From an uncultured Candidatus Saccharibacteria bacterium (lineage in GTDB: Bacteria > Patescibacteriota > Minisyncoccia > Phycocordibacterales > DATGWK01), in contig CAYRZH010000008.1 of assembly GCA_964428845.1 (NCBI GenBank), positions 1 to 22,599 on the forward strand: a stretch of 22,599 nt of DNA, written 5' to 3'. Shown piece by piece: positions 14,970 to 22,599 of the stretch. How positions within the stretch are numbered: position 1 is the stretch's first letter; every line of letters begins with the position of its first letter. A model generated the notes under the pieces. That model saw only the letters and a list, made by a program, of their open reading frames with translations. It was not told the origin of the DNA and searched no databases. Made by a program: the position numbers and the translations under genes.

Positions 14970-16130
14970 ATGCTTACAAAAGAAAAGGTTTCGGAAGTAG
15001 AAAAAAAGGTTCAAACAGAAGAACCAAAAGAGGATCTGAACGAAAAAGAAGAAAAGGAAATAAAAGCCAAAAAAGATTCACCGATGACAAAGTTCTTGGC
15101 GGAAACCAAGACCCCCCCATCCGTTGGTGACCTCATTGAAGGCACAGTTATTGCCGTAGAAAAAACTTCTGTTTATGTGGATATTCCTCCGTTCGGCACG
15201 GGTATCATTTTCGGTAGAGAGTTTATCAATGCCAAGGATGTTATCAAGAAGATAAACCCAGGCGACGGCATCGCTGGCAAGGTTGTTTCTATAGACAACG
15301 AGCATGGATATATCGAAATTTCTCTCAAAGAGGCTCGCCAGGCCCTTATCTGGAACGAAGCTGAAGAAGCAATAAAAAGTAAAACTATTTACGAACTTCC
15401 TGTCCAAGACGCCAACAAGGGCGGACTTATCCTCGCCTGGCAAGGGTTAAGTGGTTTCCTTCCGGCTTCACAGCTCAAAACCGAGCACTACCCTCGTGTA
15501 ACCGACGGCGACAAAGACAAGATTCTCGAGGAACTTAGAAAACTTATCGGCCAAAAAATTTCTGTCTCTATCATAGGCGCTCTGCCAAAAGAAGGTAAAT
15601 TGATTTTCTCTGAAAAGAATCCTGAACTTAAAAACAAAGAGAAAATTATCGGTAAGTACACTATTGGAGAAGAGGTTTTGGGCGAAGTGACAGGACTTGT
15701 GGACTTCGGTGTATTTGTAAAGCTCGAGGAAGGTCTCGAGGGTTTGGTGCATATTTCTGAAGTAGATTGGGCACTCGTTGAGAACCTCAAGGTTATGTTC
15801 AAGGTTGGCGACAAAGTTCGAGTAAAAATTATCGAGATCAAGGACGGCAAGATTTCCCTTTCTATAAAAGCTCTCAAACCAAATCCTTGGATAGAAGCTG
15901 AAAAGAAATATAAAAAAGATGACGTGGTTGCCGCAGTCATTATCAAATTCAACAAACACGGGGCCCTTGCTTCTATAGAAGAAGGCGTGGCTGGCCTAGT
16001 TCATATTTCAGAGTTTGGAAATGAAACCAAAATGCGAGAGAAACTTTCTCTAGGAAAGAGCTACACATTCAAAATCACTCTCTTTGATCCTAAAGAGCAA
16101 AAGATGACGTTGTCTTTTGTGGAAAAATAG
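14970..16130 (+). CDS. rpsA: 30S ribosomal protein S1 (short form, four S1 domains)
   Basis: Acidic and Lys-rich N-terminus, then four OB/S1 repeats of about 70 aa each. They are GDLIEGTVIAVEKTSVYVDI…, GGLILAWQGLSGFLPASQL…, GEEVLGEVTGLVDFGVFVKLEEGLEGLVHISEV… and DDVVAAVIIKFNKHGALASIEEGVAGLVHISEF…. Start may be the later Met (MTKFLAE). Confidence 0.75.
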   Translation: MLTKEKVSEVEKKVQTEEPKEDLNEKEEKEIKAKKDSPMTKFLAETKTPPSVGDLIEGTVIAVEKTSVYVDIPPFGTGIIFGREFINAKDVIKKINPGDGIAGKVVSIDNEHGYIEISLKEARQALIWNEAEEAIKSKTIYELPVQDANKGGLILAWQGLSGFLPASQLKTEHYPRVTDGDKDKILEELRKLIGQKISVSIIGALPKEGKLIFSEKNPELKNKEKIIGKYTIGEEVLGEVTGLVDFGVFVKLEEGLEGLVHISEVDWALVENLKVMFKVGDKVRVKIIEIKDGKISLSIKALKPNPWIEAEKKYKKDDVVAAVIIKFNKHGALASIEEGVAGLVHISEFGNETKMREKLSLGKSYTFKITLFDPKEQKMTLSFVEK

Positions 16131-16167
16131 AATTTTCCACGGGCAATAGTACTCGCGATAGTACTTG

Positions 16168-16761
16168 TTACCCCCTGTTAAACTCTCCCATCGCTTTTTC
16201 GCGGTCTTCGGTGACAAGCATCTCCAGAGCCGCCGGAACTTTCTTGAAAACCTTTTTAAGGGCGTCGTGTTCGGCTGGCCGAAATTTCCCCAAAATAAAC
16301 TTATCTACCGCTTCGTCACCTGAAGGCTTTTTTGTCTTTCCAGACGGAGTTGTCGGTGAAATGCCTATTCTGATACGAAGAAATGCCTCGGTTTTCAAGG
16401 TTTTGATAATAGACTCAAGTCCTTTGTGACCTCCGGAACTCCTATTCCAAGATATTTTCATCCTTCCTACTGGCAAATCTAGATCATCATAGATTACGAT
16501 GAGTTTTTCTGCGGCCTTTTTACTCTTTATCACTGCCGCAGCCGACAATCCAGATTTGTTCATAAATGTCTCTGGCTCTAAAAACAATACCCTCTCGTTC
16601 TTTACCTTGCCTTCCGACGCTAGAGCCTTCATCTTTTTGTCCTCTTTCCAGTCAGATAGACCAAAACTCTTCCGAACATACTCGAGTGTCATGCGACCGA
16701 CGTTGTGCCGCGTCTCTTTATATTCCTCACCTGGATTTCCTAGGCCGATTATGACGTACAT
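16168..16761 (-). CDS. pth: Peptidyl-tRNA hydrolase
   Basis: MYVIIGLGNPGEEYKETRHNVGRMTLEYV matches the Pth N-terminus (GLGNPG…TRHN(A/V)G). Start moved to the internal Met at 16761 (197 aa). The ORF-table start at 16812 adds 17 non-conserved residues. Confidence 0.85.
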   Translation of the reverse strand: MYVIIGLGNPGEEYKETRHNVGRMTLEYVRKSFGLSDWKEDKKMKALASEGKVKNERVLFLEPETFMNKSGLSAAAVIKSKKAAEKLIVIYDDLDLPVGRMKISWNRSSGGHKGLESIIKTLKTEAFLRIRIGISPTTPSGKTKKPSGDEAVDKFILGKFRPAEHDALKKVFKKVPAALEMLVTEDREKAMGEFNRG

Positions 16762-16792
16762 GGTTTCGATTGTAACATAAAACACCAAAAAC

Positions 16793-16821
16793 TCTTGTGT
16801 CAAACGCCCCAAGGTAATACA
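16793..16821 (+). promoter_or_regulatory. Candidate promoter TTGTGT-N17-TACAAT giving a near-leaderless lepB transcript
   Basis: TACAAT ends at 16821. lepB ATG is at 16832 with no Shine-Dalgarno sequence. Confidence 0.3.
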
Positions 16822-16831
16822 ATGTACGCCA

Positions 16832-17443
16832 ATGGACGAACATTCTCACAGTAAAGATAGGAAATTGTCAGAAGATGGAGGAGATAAGAAAGCTAAAGGT
16901 GGTTTTTGGAGTGAAATAATAAAGTTTACACTGATCGCGGTCGTCATAGTCGTGCCCATTCGAGTGTTTATTGCCCAACCCTTCATTGTCTCTGGAGCTT
17001 CAATGGATCCTACCTTCAAAAATGGTGAATATTTGATTGTTGACCAGTTGAGTTATCGCCTCGAACAACCAAAAAGGGAGTCTGTGATCATATTTAGATA
17101 CCCAAAGAAGCCCAGCACCTTCTTTATAAAGCGTGTCATCGGTCTGCCTGGTGAAAAAATAGAGATAGAGAAGGGTGTGGTGAAAGTAATAAACGAAGAA
17201 AATCCAAAAGGTTTTATCCTCACGGACGATTACGTCGATCCCAACAACAAAAAATATGATGACTTCGAGATCGACCTAGGGAGCGAAGAATATTTTGTTA
17301 TGGGAGACAATCGACTCGGTAGTCTAGACTCAAGGGCCTGGGGACCAGTGAAAGAAGATTTGATTATCGGCCGACCGATCATTCGAGTATTACCATTCGA
17401 CAAAGCATCTATCTTCCCTGGTGCTCTAGAAGAAGCGAATTAA
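16832..17443 (+). CDS. lepB: Signal peptidase I (S26A family)
   Basis: N-terminal TM segment, catalytic Ser box GASMDPTF, Lys box KRVIGLPGEKI, and box E GDNRLGSLDSRAWG. Confidence 0.9.
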   Translation: MDEHSHSKDRKLSEDGGDKKAKGGFWSEIIKFTLIAVVIVVPIRVFIAQPFIVSGASMDPTFKNGEYLIVDQLSYRLEQPKRESVIIFRYPKKPSTFFIKRVIGLPGEKIEIEKGVVKVINEENPKGFILTDDYVDPNNKKYDDFEIDLGSEEYFVMGDNRLGSLDSRAWGPVKEDLIIGRPIIRVLPFDKASIFPGALEEAN

Positions 17444-17462
17444 ATTCCCATTTACAAAAATC

Positions 17463-18677
17463 ATGAGAGACAAGACGAAAGAAAAATATTCGGAAGAAGC
17501 GTCTTACGCCCTCAAAGATCTAGACAAGGCCGCCGAGGTTGCCCTTTTCTACGGATTCACTCCTATCAAATCGCTCCGGGTAAACAAAGAAGACCTAGAC
17601 AAAGCAGACACCTTCAGAGAGGAGAAGAGAATAACTGAAAACAGAAACGATATCTTCCCACAGCCCGAAGAAAAAATCTCACTACTTAGAACATGCTTAC
17701 AGTGGAATCTTTTCGAACGAGAACTGCCGATAATGATCTATTATAAAAGACCTCTTGGGGGCAGCTTGGATAGGAAATCTCCAAACGAGTTTCATTGTGG
17801 CCTAGATATAATCGGTTCGATTTCGAGTATTTGCGAAGCAATCGCGGTTAAAACGGCTTACTCTATACTTTCCGACCACGGATACAAGGATCTTACTGTA
17901 GACATTAACAGTATTGGGGACAAAGATTCTATTTCACGGTTCGAGTCAGAACTTAGCTCGTTCATAAGAAAAAATGTTGAATCCATACCAGCAGAACTTC
18001 GGCCCGTATTTAGAAAAAATCCTTTTGAAGCCATTCTCTCCCGTCACAAAGATTGGACCGAATCTAAGGGGCGCTTACCACAATCCATGAGCTCTCTGTC
18101 AGAACCGAGCATAAATCATTTCAAAGAAGTCCTCGAGTACTTCGAATCTTTAGATATCCCTTATCGTGTAGCCCACGATCTCGTTGGCAGTCGACACTAC
18201 TGTTCCCATACGATCTTTGAAATAAAAGACAGTCCTCCCGAAGGTACCGAGAGCACGGTGTTTGCTGTCGGAACCAGACACAATCACATATCAAAGAAAA
18301 TTGGCTTCAAAAAAGATATTCCAATCATGAGCGTCAACTTGAGATTTAAGAAACCAAAAATTGCGCCCAAAATATTTTTCAGAGGCAAACTACGCCCAAA
18401 ATTTTATTTCATTCAATTTGGTTCAAGGGCAAAACTCAAGAGCCTTATTGTGATCGAAACTCTAAGACAAGCCAGGATACCTGTCCACCACTCTCTCACT
18501 CACGACCAGTTTGTGGGGCAACTATCAAACGCCGAAAAGAAAGGTTCATCTTTTGTCATTATTATGGGACAGAAAGAGGCCATGGATAATACTGTTGTTG
18601 TAAGACATGTAGCCACCCGCATCCAGGAGACTGTCCCGATCTTCGATCTAGCAAAGTATCTAGTCAAACTAAAATAG
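17463..18677 (+). CDS. Histidyl-tRNA synthetase-like class IIa protein with C-terminal anticodon-binding-like domain; catalytic motifs appear degenerate
   Basis: Overall colinearity with HisRS. …LTVDINSIGDKDS… is compared with …VTLELNSIGSLEA…. The C-terminus SFVIIMGQKEAMDNTVVVRHVATRIQETV resembles the anticodon-binding domain (VVIIGE.E…V.VKDL.TGEQ). The motif-2 region is YYKRPLGGSLDRKSPNEFHCG instead of …FRYERPQKGRYRQFHQ.G. Motif 3 is GTRHN instead of GGRYD. Family assignment is from memory of HisRS motifs. Confidence 0.45.
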   Translation: MRDKTKEKYSEEASYALKDLDKAAEVALFYGFTPIKSLRVNKEDLDKADTFREEKRITENRNDIFPQPEEKISLLRTCLQWNLFERELPIMIYYKRPLGGSLDRKSPNEFHCGLDIIGSISSICEAIAVKTAYSILSDHGYKDLTVDINSIGDKDSISRFESELSSFIRKNVESIPAELRPVFRKNPFEAILSRHKDWTESKGRLPQSMSSLSEPSINHFKEVLEYFESLDIPYRVAHDLVGSRHYCSHTIFEIKDSPPEGTESTVFAVGTRHNHISKKIGFKKDIPIMSVNLRFKKPKIAPKIFFRGKLRPKFYFIQFGSRAKLKSLIVIETLRQARIPVHHSLTHDQFVGQLSNAEKKGSSFVIIMGQKEAMDNTVVVRHVATRIQETVPIFDLAKYLVKLK

Positions 18678-18721
18678 AAGTAATTCCCCTACTTGATCGA
18701 TACGAAACCCTATGTTAGGAT

Positions 18722-18967
18722 GTGCAAACTATGATAAATGTTGAGGTTTCGAGAAGCCAAAACGAAAACAACCTAAGCCTTTTAAAGAGGTTCACTCGTC
18801 GTGTCCAGGGGTCTGGAATTCTCCCACGCGTGCGCTCCAAAAGGTATAACTCAAGAAACCGCTCCGAATACGTCAAAAAGAAGCAAACCCTAAAGGTTCT
18901 CGATAGAAGGAAGAATGTAGCCGAACTCATAAAGCTTGGCAAAATGCCAGAAAAATCTTCCAAATAA
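18722..18967 (+). CDS. rpsU: 30S ribosomal protein S21
   Basis: LKRFTRRVQGSGILPRVRSKRYNSRNRSEYVKKKQ resembles S21 (LRRFKR…GVL.EVRRREFYEKP…RKR). GTG at 18722, or more likely ATG at 18731. Confidence 0.65.
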   Translation: MQTMINVEVSRSQNENNLSLLKRFTRRVQGSGILPRVRSKRYNSRNRSEYVKKKQTLKVLDRRKNVAELIKLGKMPEKSSK

Positions 18968-18968
18968 A

Positions 18969-19358
18969 ATGGAGGTAGGTAGAAGTCTCTCGATAAAAAG
19001 TCTAGTAAAAGGCAAGCTTCCTCGTTTACCTTTTGTGGAGATGAAAAACACCGTGCTCGGCCCATCATACGAGCTTAGTCTTGTATTTATAGGAAAGAGG
19101 CTTTCCAAAAAATTAAACAAAACTCACAGAGGAAAAGATGCCCCTACAGACATCCTAAGCTTCGCTTTAGGCAAGAATTCTGGAGAAATATTTATTGATA
19201 TCTCAACTGCAAAGAAGGAAGCCGGCCGGTTTGATAGAAAACTCCAAAACTTTATAGGGTTCCTCTTTATCCACGGCCTATTTCATTTGAAAGGTTTAGA
19301 TCACGGTAGTACAATGGACAAAGAGGAAGAAAAAATAAGGAGAATCTTTGGAATCTGA
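18969..19358 (+). CDS. ybeY: Endoribonuclease YbeY (rRNA maturation factor)
   Basis: PTDILSFALGKNSGEIFIDISTAKKEA… and the zinc motif HGLFHLKGLDH (H…HGxLHLxGxDH). Start chosen at ATG 18969, immediately after the rpsU stop. The ORF-table start at 18936 overlaps rpsU in another frame. Confidence 0.8.
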   Translation: MEVGRSLSIKSLVKGKLPRLPFVEMKNTVLGPSYELSLVFIGKRLSKKLNKTHRGKDAPTDILSFALGKNSGEIFIDISTAKKEAGRFDRKLQNFIGFLFIHGLFHLKGLDHGSTMDKEEEKIRRIFGI

Positions 19359-19382
19359 ATTTCAATTCTTGCTCCTAGAGCA

Positions 19383-20558
19383 ATGGCAAAAAAAATAGCA
19401 GTTGGCATAGACGTTGGCACAAATAAAATAAAAGTTGTCGTAGCGGAGAGTGCCGACGACAAAGAGGTACCGAGAGTTATCGGTACAGGTTTTGCCGAAT
19501 CCAAAGGTCTTCGTCACGGATATATTATCAATTCCACTGATGTTACAAAGGGTCTCAAACAAGCGATTAGTCAGGCAGAGTCAGCAAGCGGAATCAAAAT
19601 TCGAAAAGCTTTTCTATCAGTAGGAGGAATTGGTTTGAGCAGTATTACCACCCAGGGTTCGATGATGATTTCACGCGCCGACTATGAAATTGATGACTTG
19701 GATATAAAAAAAGTTTTTGAAGTTTGCGAAAAAGAAATCCCCCAATCATTCCTACTAAATCGAAAAATTATTCACACTATTCCACTACAGTACAAACTCG
19801 ATGGGAAAATTGTTCTCGGTAAGCCGAAAGGAATGAGGGGTATAAAATTTGAATCAAAAATCCTCTTTATTTCCTGCCTTGAGCGCCATCTTCACGACCT
19901 CATCGAGGCAGTAGAAGAAGTGGGTGTTGAGGTTACAGATGTGATGGCTTCTCCACTAGCCGCGAGTCTGGTCACCCTCTCGAAAACCCAGAAAATCGCC
20001 GGTTGTGCTCTAGTGAACATAGGAGCCGAAACGCTTACCATCGTCATTTTTGAAAACAATTTACCGATTTCGCTTCAGGTCTTTTCTATGGGTTCGACTG
20101 ATATAACCAATGATATTGCTTTGGGTTTCAGAATTCCTCTAGATGAAGCAGAACATTTAAAACTCGGCGGTATAAGTACGGCAAATTACCCGAAGAAAAA
20201 GCTCGATGAAATTATTGAGGCGAGGCTTTCTGACATGTTCGAACTCATAGAAACTCATTTGAAAAAAATTGGTCGGGCAGGCCTTCTCCCGGCTGGCATA
20301 ATCATCACCGGTGGAGGTGGTGGTATAACTTTTATAGAAGACTTAGCCAAAGTTTCCCTTCATCTACCATCCAAGGTTGCCTCTATCCAGATCGGCGATG
20401 GTGGAAAGAGTCCGTTCAATGATTCTTCTTGGTCAGTAGCCTATGGTTTGTGTATTTTCGGACTGACAGCCGACCCGCAAGGCACTGTCAGCGTAAACAA
20501 TCTTTTCAAAGAAATGTTCAGAAAATCGAAGAATTTACTGAAGCAGTTCTTGCCATAA
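19383..20558 (+). CDS. ftsA: Cell division protein FtsA
   Basis: MAKKIAVGIDVGTNKIKVVVAE actin-like phosphate-1 motif. About 390 aa. Adjacent to ftsZ. Confidence 0.9.
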   Translation: MAKKIAVGIDVGTNKIKVVVAESADDKEVPRVIGTGFAESKGLRHGYIINSTDVTKGLKQAISQAESASGIKIRKAFLSVGGIGLSSITTQGSMMISRADYEIDDLDIKKVFEVCEKEIPQSFLLNRKIIHTIPLQYKLDGKIVLGKPKGMRGIKFESKILFISCLERHLHDLIEAVEEVGVEVTDVMASPLAASLVTLSKTQKIAGCALVNIGAETLTIVIFENNLPISLQVFSMGSTDITNDIALGFRIPLDEAEHLKLGGISTANYPKKKLDEIIEARLSDMFELIETHLKKIGRAGLLPAGIIITGGGGGITFIEDLAKVSLHLPSKVASIQIGDGGKSPFNDSSWSVAYGLCIFGLTADPQGTVSVNNLFKEMFRKSKNLLKQFLP

Positions 20559-20610
20559 ATACAAGTTTCTAGGCCACTTATATCGCTTCCCAAAGAGATC
20601 ACTGTCAAGT

Positions 20611-20638
20611 GTTTCTTTGCTGGCGCCCTGTGATATTA
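20611..20638 (+). promoter_or_regulatory. Candidate extended -10 promoter (TGaTATTAT) in the ftsA-ftsZ spacer
   Basis: ttgctggcgccctgTGaTATTATagag. Extended -10 is TGnTATTAT. The -35 is weak. Confidence 0.3.
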
Positions 20639-20660
20639 TAGAGCCACTTAATTTAAAAAC

Positions 20661-21818
20661 ATGCCACAAGTCAAACCAGAAGTAGAGGCTTTCGCAAGAA
20701 TAAAGGTGCTCGGTGTGGGCGGTTCTGGGAAGAATGCAGTAAACCACATGATCAACTCCAAAGTTCGGGGCGTAGAATTTATTGCAGTCAATACGGACGC
20801 ACAAGATCTCCATAATACTCTCGCAAAAAAGAAGATACATATCGGGAAAAATTTGACCCGAGGCTTGGGGACCGGAATGAATCCCGAACTTGGCAAGCGC
20901 GCAGTCGAAGAAACACAGGAGGAGCTCCAAGAGGCCATCAAAGGAGCAGACATGGTTTTCATAGCAGGAGGTGCTGGTGGTGGAACATACACTGGTGCGG
21001 CACCTCGCATTGCCCAGATTTCTAAAGAGCTTGGTGCCCTCACCGTCGGAGTCACGACCAAGCCATTCTTCTTCGAAGGTCTACAAAGAATGAGAATAGC
21101 AGACCAGGGTATAGAGGAGTTAAGAACATCAGTCGATGCCATTATCGTTATTCCAAATGATCGCCTCTTGAGTGTGGTCACGAAAGAGACGACAGCAAAA
21201 ACAGCTTTTGCGATGTGTGACGATGTACTCAAGCAGGCAGTTGAGGGTATCTCCGATCTCATTACAACTCCAGGTATTATCAATATAGACTTTGCCGATA
21301 TCAGATCAATCATGGAAAACGCCGGGCCCGCGCTTATGGGAGTGGGAAGTGCCGATGGCGAAAAAAGGGCTGAAGAAGCAGCCAAAATGGCCATCAATTC
21401 CCCACTTCTCGAGCTCTCGATCGCGGGAGCTAAAGGTGTTCTGTTCTCAATCGCTGGTGGTGACGACCTGACAATGTTTGAGATCCAGGATGCAGCGAAA
21501 GTAATAACAGAGTCCGTTGATCCAAACGCCAAGATTATTTTCGGTACAGTAAGAAGCGACCGCCTCAAGAAGAACGAGGTCAAAATTACCGTCATTGCCA
21601 CTGGATTCCCAGAAAATTTAGTTAAAAAATCACTTTTTAATCAGGAAACCAAAGTGGCAGAAGATTCAAAGAAAGGCAAAATCTACAACTCCATCCCTAC
21701 AACCCCAGGAGTAAAGGACATTCCCGTAGAGGAGAAGAAAATCGGCGGAACAACCGAGGAAAACGAAGACGAGTGGGGAGCTGTCCCGGCGTTCCTAAGA
21801 AGGTCAAAACTAAAATAA
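20661..21818 (+). CDS. ftsZ: Cell division GTPase FtsZ
   Basis: IKVLGVGGSGKNAVNHMI, the tubulin signature GGAGGGTYTGAAP, and TVGVTTKPFFFEG…IIVIPNDRLL. Confidence 0.95.
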   Translation: MPQVKPEVEAFARIKVLGVGGSGKNAVNHMINSKVRGVEFIAVNTDAQDLHNTLAKKKIHIGKNLTRGLGTGMNPELGKRAVEETQEELQEAIKGADMVFIAGGAGGGTYTGAAPRIAQISKELGALTVGVTTKPFFFEGLQRMRIADQGIEELRTSVDAIIVIPNDRLLSVVTKETTAKTAFAMCDDVLKQAVEGISDLITTPGIINIDFADIRSIMENAGPALMGVGSADGEKRAEEAAKMAINSPLLELSIAGAKGVLFSIAGGDDLTMFEIQDAAKVITESVDPNAKIIFGTVRSDRLKKNEVKITVIATGFPENLVKKSLFNQETKVAEDSKKGKIYNSIPTTPGVKDIPVEEKKIGGTTEENEDEWGAVPAFLRRSKLK

Positions 21819-21830
21819 GTAAAGTTTAGA

Positions 21831-22599
21831 ATGGTCTATGATCTCGCAATTTTGGGTGGAGGACCGGCAGGCGTAGCCGCTGGTGTTTATGCTTCGCGAA
21901 AAAGACTGAAAACTATTTTTATTACCCCTGATTTCAACAGCCAAAGTTCGGTGTCAGAGGATATTCAGAATTGGATAGGTACTGTCTCTATACGTGGCGA
22001 AGATTTTGCCGCAAATCTAAAGAAGCACCTGCTTGCTTACGCTGAAGATGTGGTAACGATAAAAGAGGGTGAAGCCGCAGAATCTATAAAAAGAGCTGGT
22101 AAAAATTTCTTGGTAAAGACAGACCAAGGGGAGTATGAGACGAGGACTGTACTAATCGCTTCAGGAAGCCAAAGGAGAAAACTAGAAATTCCTGGCGCAG
22201 TAGAGTTTGACAACAAAGGACTGACTTACTGCGCCTCTTGTGATGGGCCACTTTTTGCAGATAAAGATACCGTAGTCATCGGTGGTGGCAATGCCGCTTT
22301 TGAGACCGTAGCCCAATTACTGGCCTATGCCAAAAGTGTCACTCTTCTAAATCGAAGCTCAAGTTTCAGGGCAGACCCAGTGACTGTATCGAAGATCGAG
22401 AAAAATCCTAAAGCAAAATTGATAAAAAATGCCCTGCCATTAAGGGTTGAGGGGAATAAATTTGTGGAAGCAATTGTTTATAAAGACGCAAACACTGGAA
22501 ATGAGAACCGCTTGCCGGTCCAAGGAATTTTTGTCGAAATCGGCCTTATCCCTACAACCTATTTTGCAAAAGATGTAGTTCAGCTCAATAAATATGGCC
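21831..22599 (+). CDS. Thioredoxin-disulfide reductase-like FAD/NAD(P)-dependent oxidoreductase (partial, runs off window end)
   Basis: FAD motif ILGGGPAGVAAGVYA, redox-active CASCDG, and NAD(P)H motif VVIGGGNAAFE. Confidence 0.75.
   Translation, partial: MVYDLAILGGGPAGVAAGVYASRKRLKTIFITPDFNSQSSVSEDIQNWIGTVSIRGEDFAANLKKHLLAYAEDVVTIKEGEAAESIKRAGKNFLVKTDQGEYETRTVLIASGSQRRKLEIPGAVEFDNKGLTYCASCDGPLFADKDTVVIGGGNAAFETVAQLLAYAKSVTLLNRSSSFRADPVTVSKIEKNPKAKLIKNALPLRVEGNKFVEAIVYKDANTGNENRLPVQGIFVEIGLIPTTYFAKDVVQLNKYG

Noticed and set aside
14782-14970. 62-aa minus-strand ORF in the MVP-rpsA intergenic region
   Set aside because: It overlaps the MVP terminator and the rpsA promoter region. No RBS or domain.
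15078-15959. Minus-strand ORFs inside rpsA
   Set aside because: Antisense to the S1-domain repeats. The products are low-complexity.
16141-16163. ATAGTACT-cgcg-ATAGTACT repeat/hairpin between convergent rpsA and pth
   Set aside because: A 6-bp palindromic stem with no U-tract. It is too short and weak to call a terminator or regulatory site with any confidence.
16211-16780. Plus-strand ORFs inside pth
   Set aside because: Antisense to pth, which has the canonical GLGNPG/TRHN N-terminus.
20648-21601. 317-aa minus-strand ORF inside ftsZ (and 20535..20930 minus)
   Set aside because: Antisense to ftsZ. The Ala/Ser/Pro-rich product is a typical mirror-frame artefact.
1-22599. Checked for CRISPR arrays, integrase/transposase genes, IS inverted repeats and prophage hallmarks
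   Set aside because: No direct-repeat/spacer periodicity, no recombinase-like ORFs and no tRNA-adjacent att-like duplications were seen. The tRNA-Leu at 417-498 is flanked by ordinary genes.

Overview
The window is a bacterial chromosomal segment of about 45% GC, compact and frequently lacking Shine-Dalgarno sequences, possibly from a Patescibacteria/CPR-like or other small-genome lineage. That lineage guess is an inference from gene content. It carries clear housekeeping genes: a partial purH-like gene (minus), tRNA-Leu(TAG), gyrA, ribosomal protein S1, pth, lepB, a HisRS-like gene, rpsU, ybeY, ftsA, ftsZ and a partial trxB-like gene. Three things stand out. First, a full-length homolog of the eukaryotic Major Vault Protein (about 916 aa) runs from its N-terminal vault repeats through the shoulder, cap-helix coiled coil and cap-ring. 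It lies in a locally GC-elevated stretch with its own strong promoter and terminator. This is the most unusual object in the window and could represent an undescribed bacterial vault-like nanocompartment. Second, six tandem paralogous genes on the minus strand encode small proteins with a signal peptide and a two-helix hairpin (VirB2/TrbC-like, T4SS-pilin-like topology). They have hypervariable, cysteine-bracketed termini and are co-directional with a TM-anchored solute-binding-protein-like gene and a SAM methyltransferase downstream of gyrA. Third, an SPFH/band-7 membrane protein carries a GC-rich proline-rich N-terminal extension and is followed by a 4-TM protein. There is also a near-perfect 30-bp palindrome sitting exactly between two divergent promoters. 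No CRISPR arrays, integrases or transposases were seen. All calls are from reading the sequence and translations by eye; no database search was possible.
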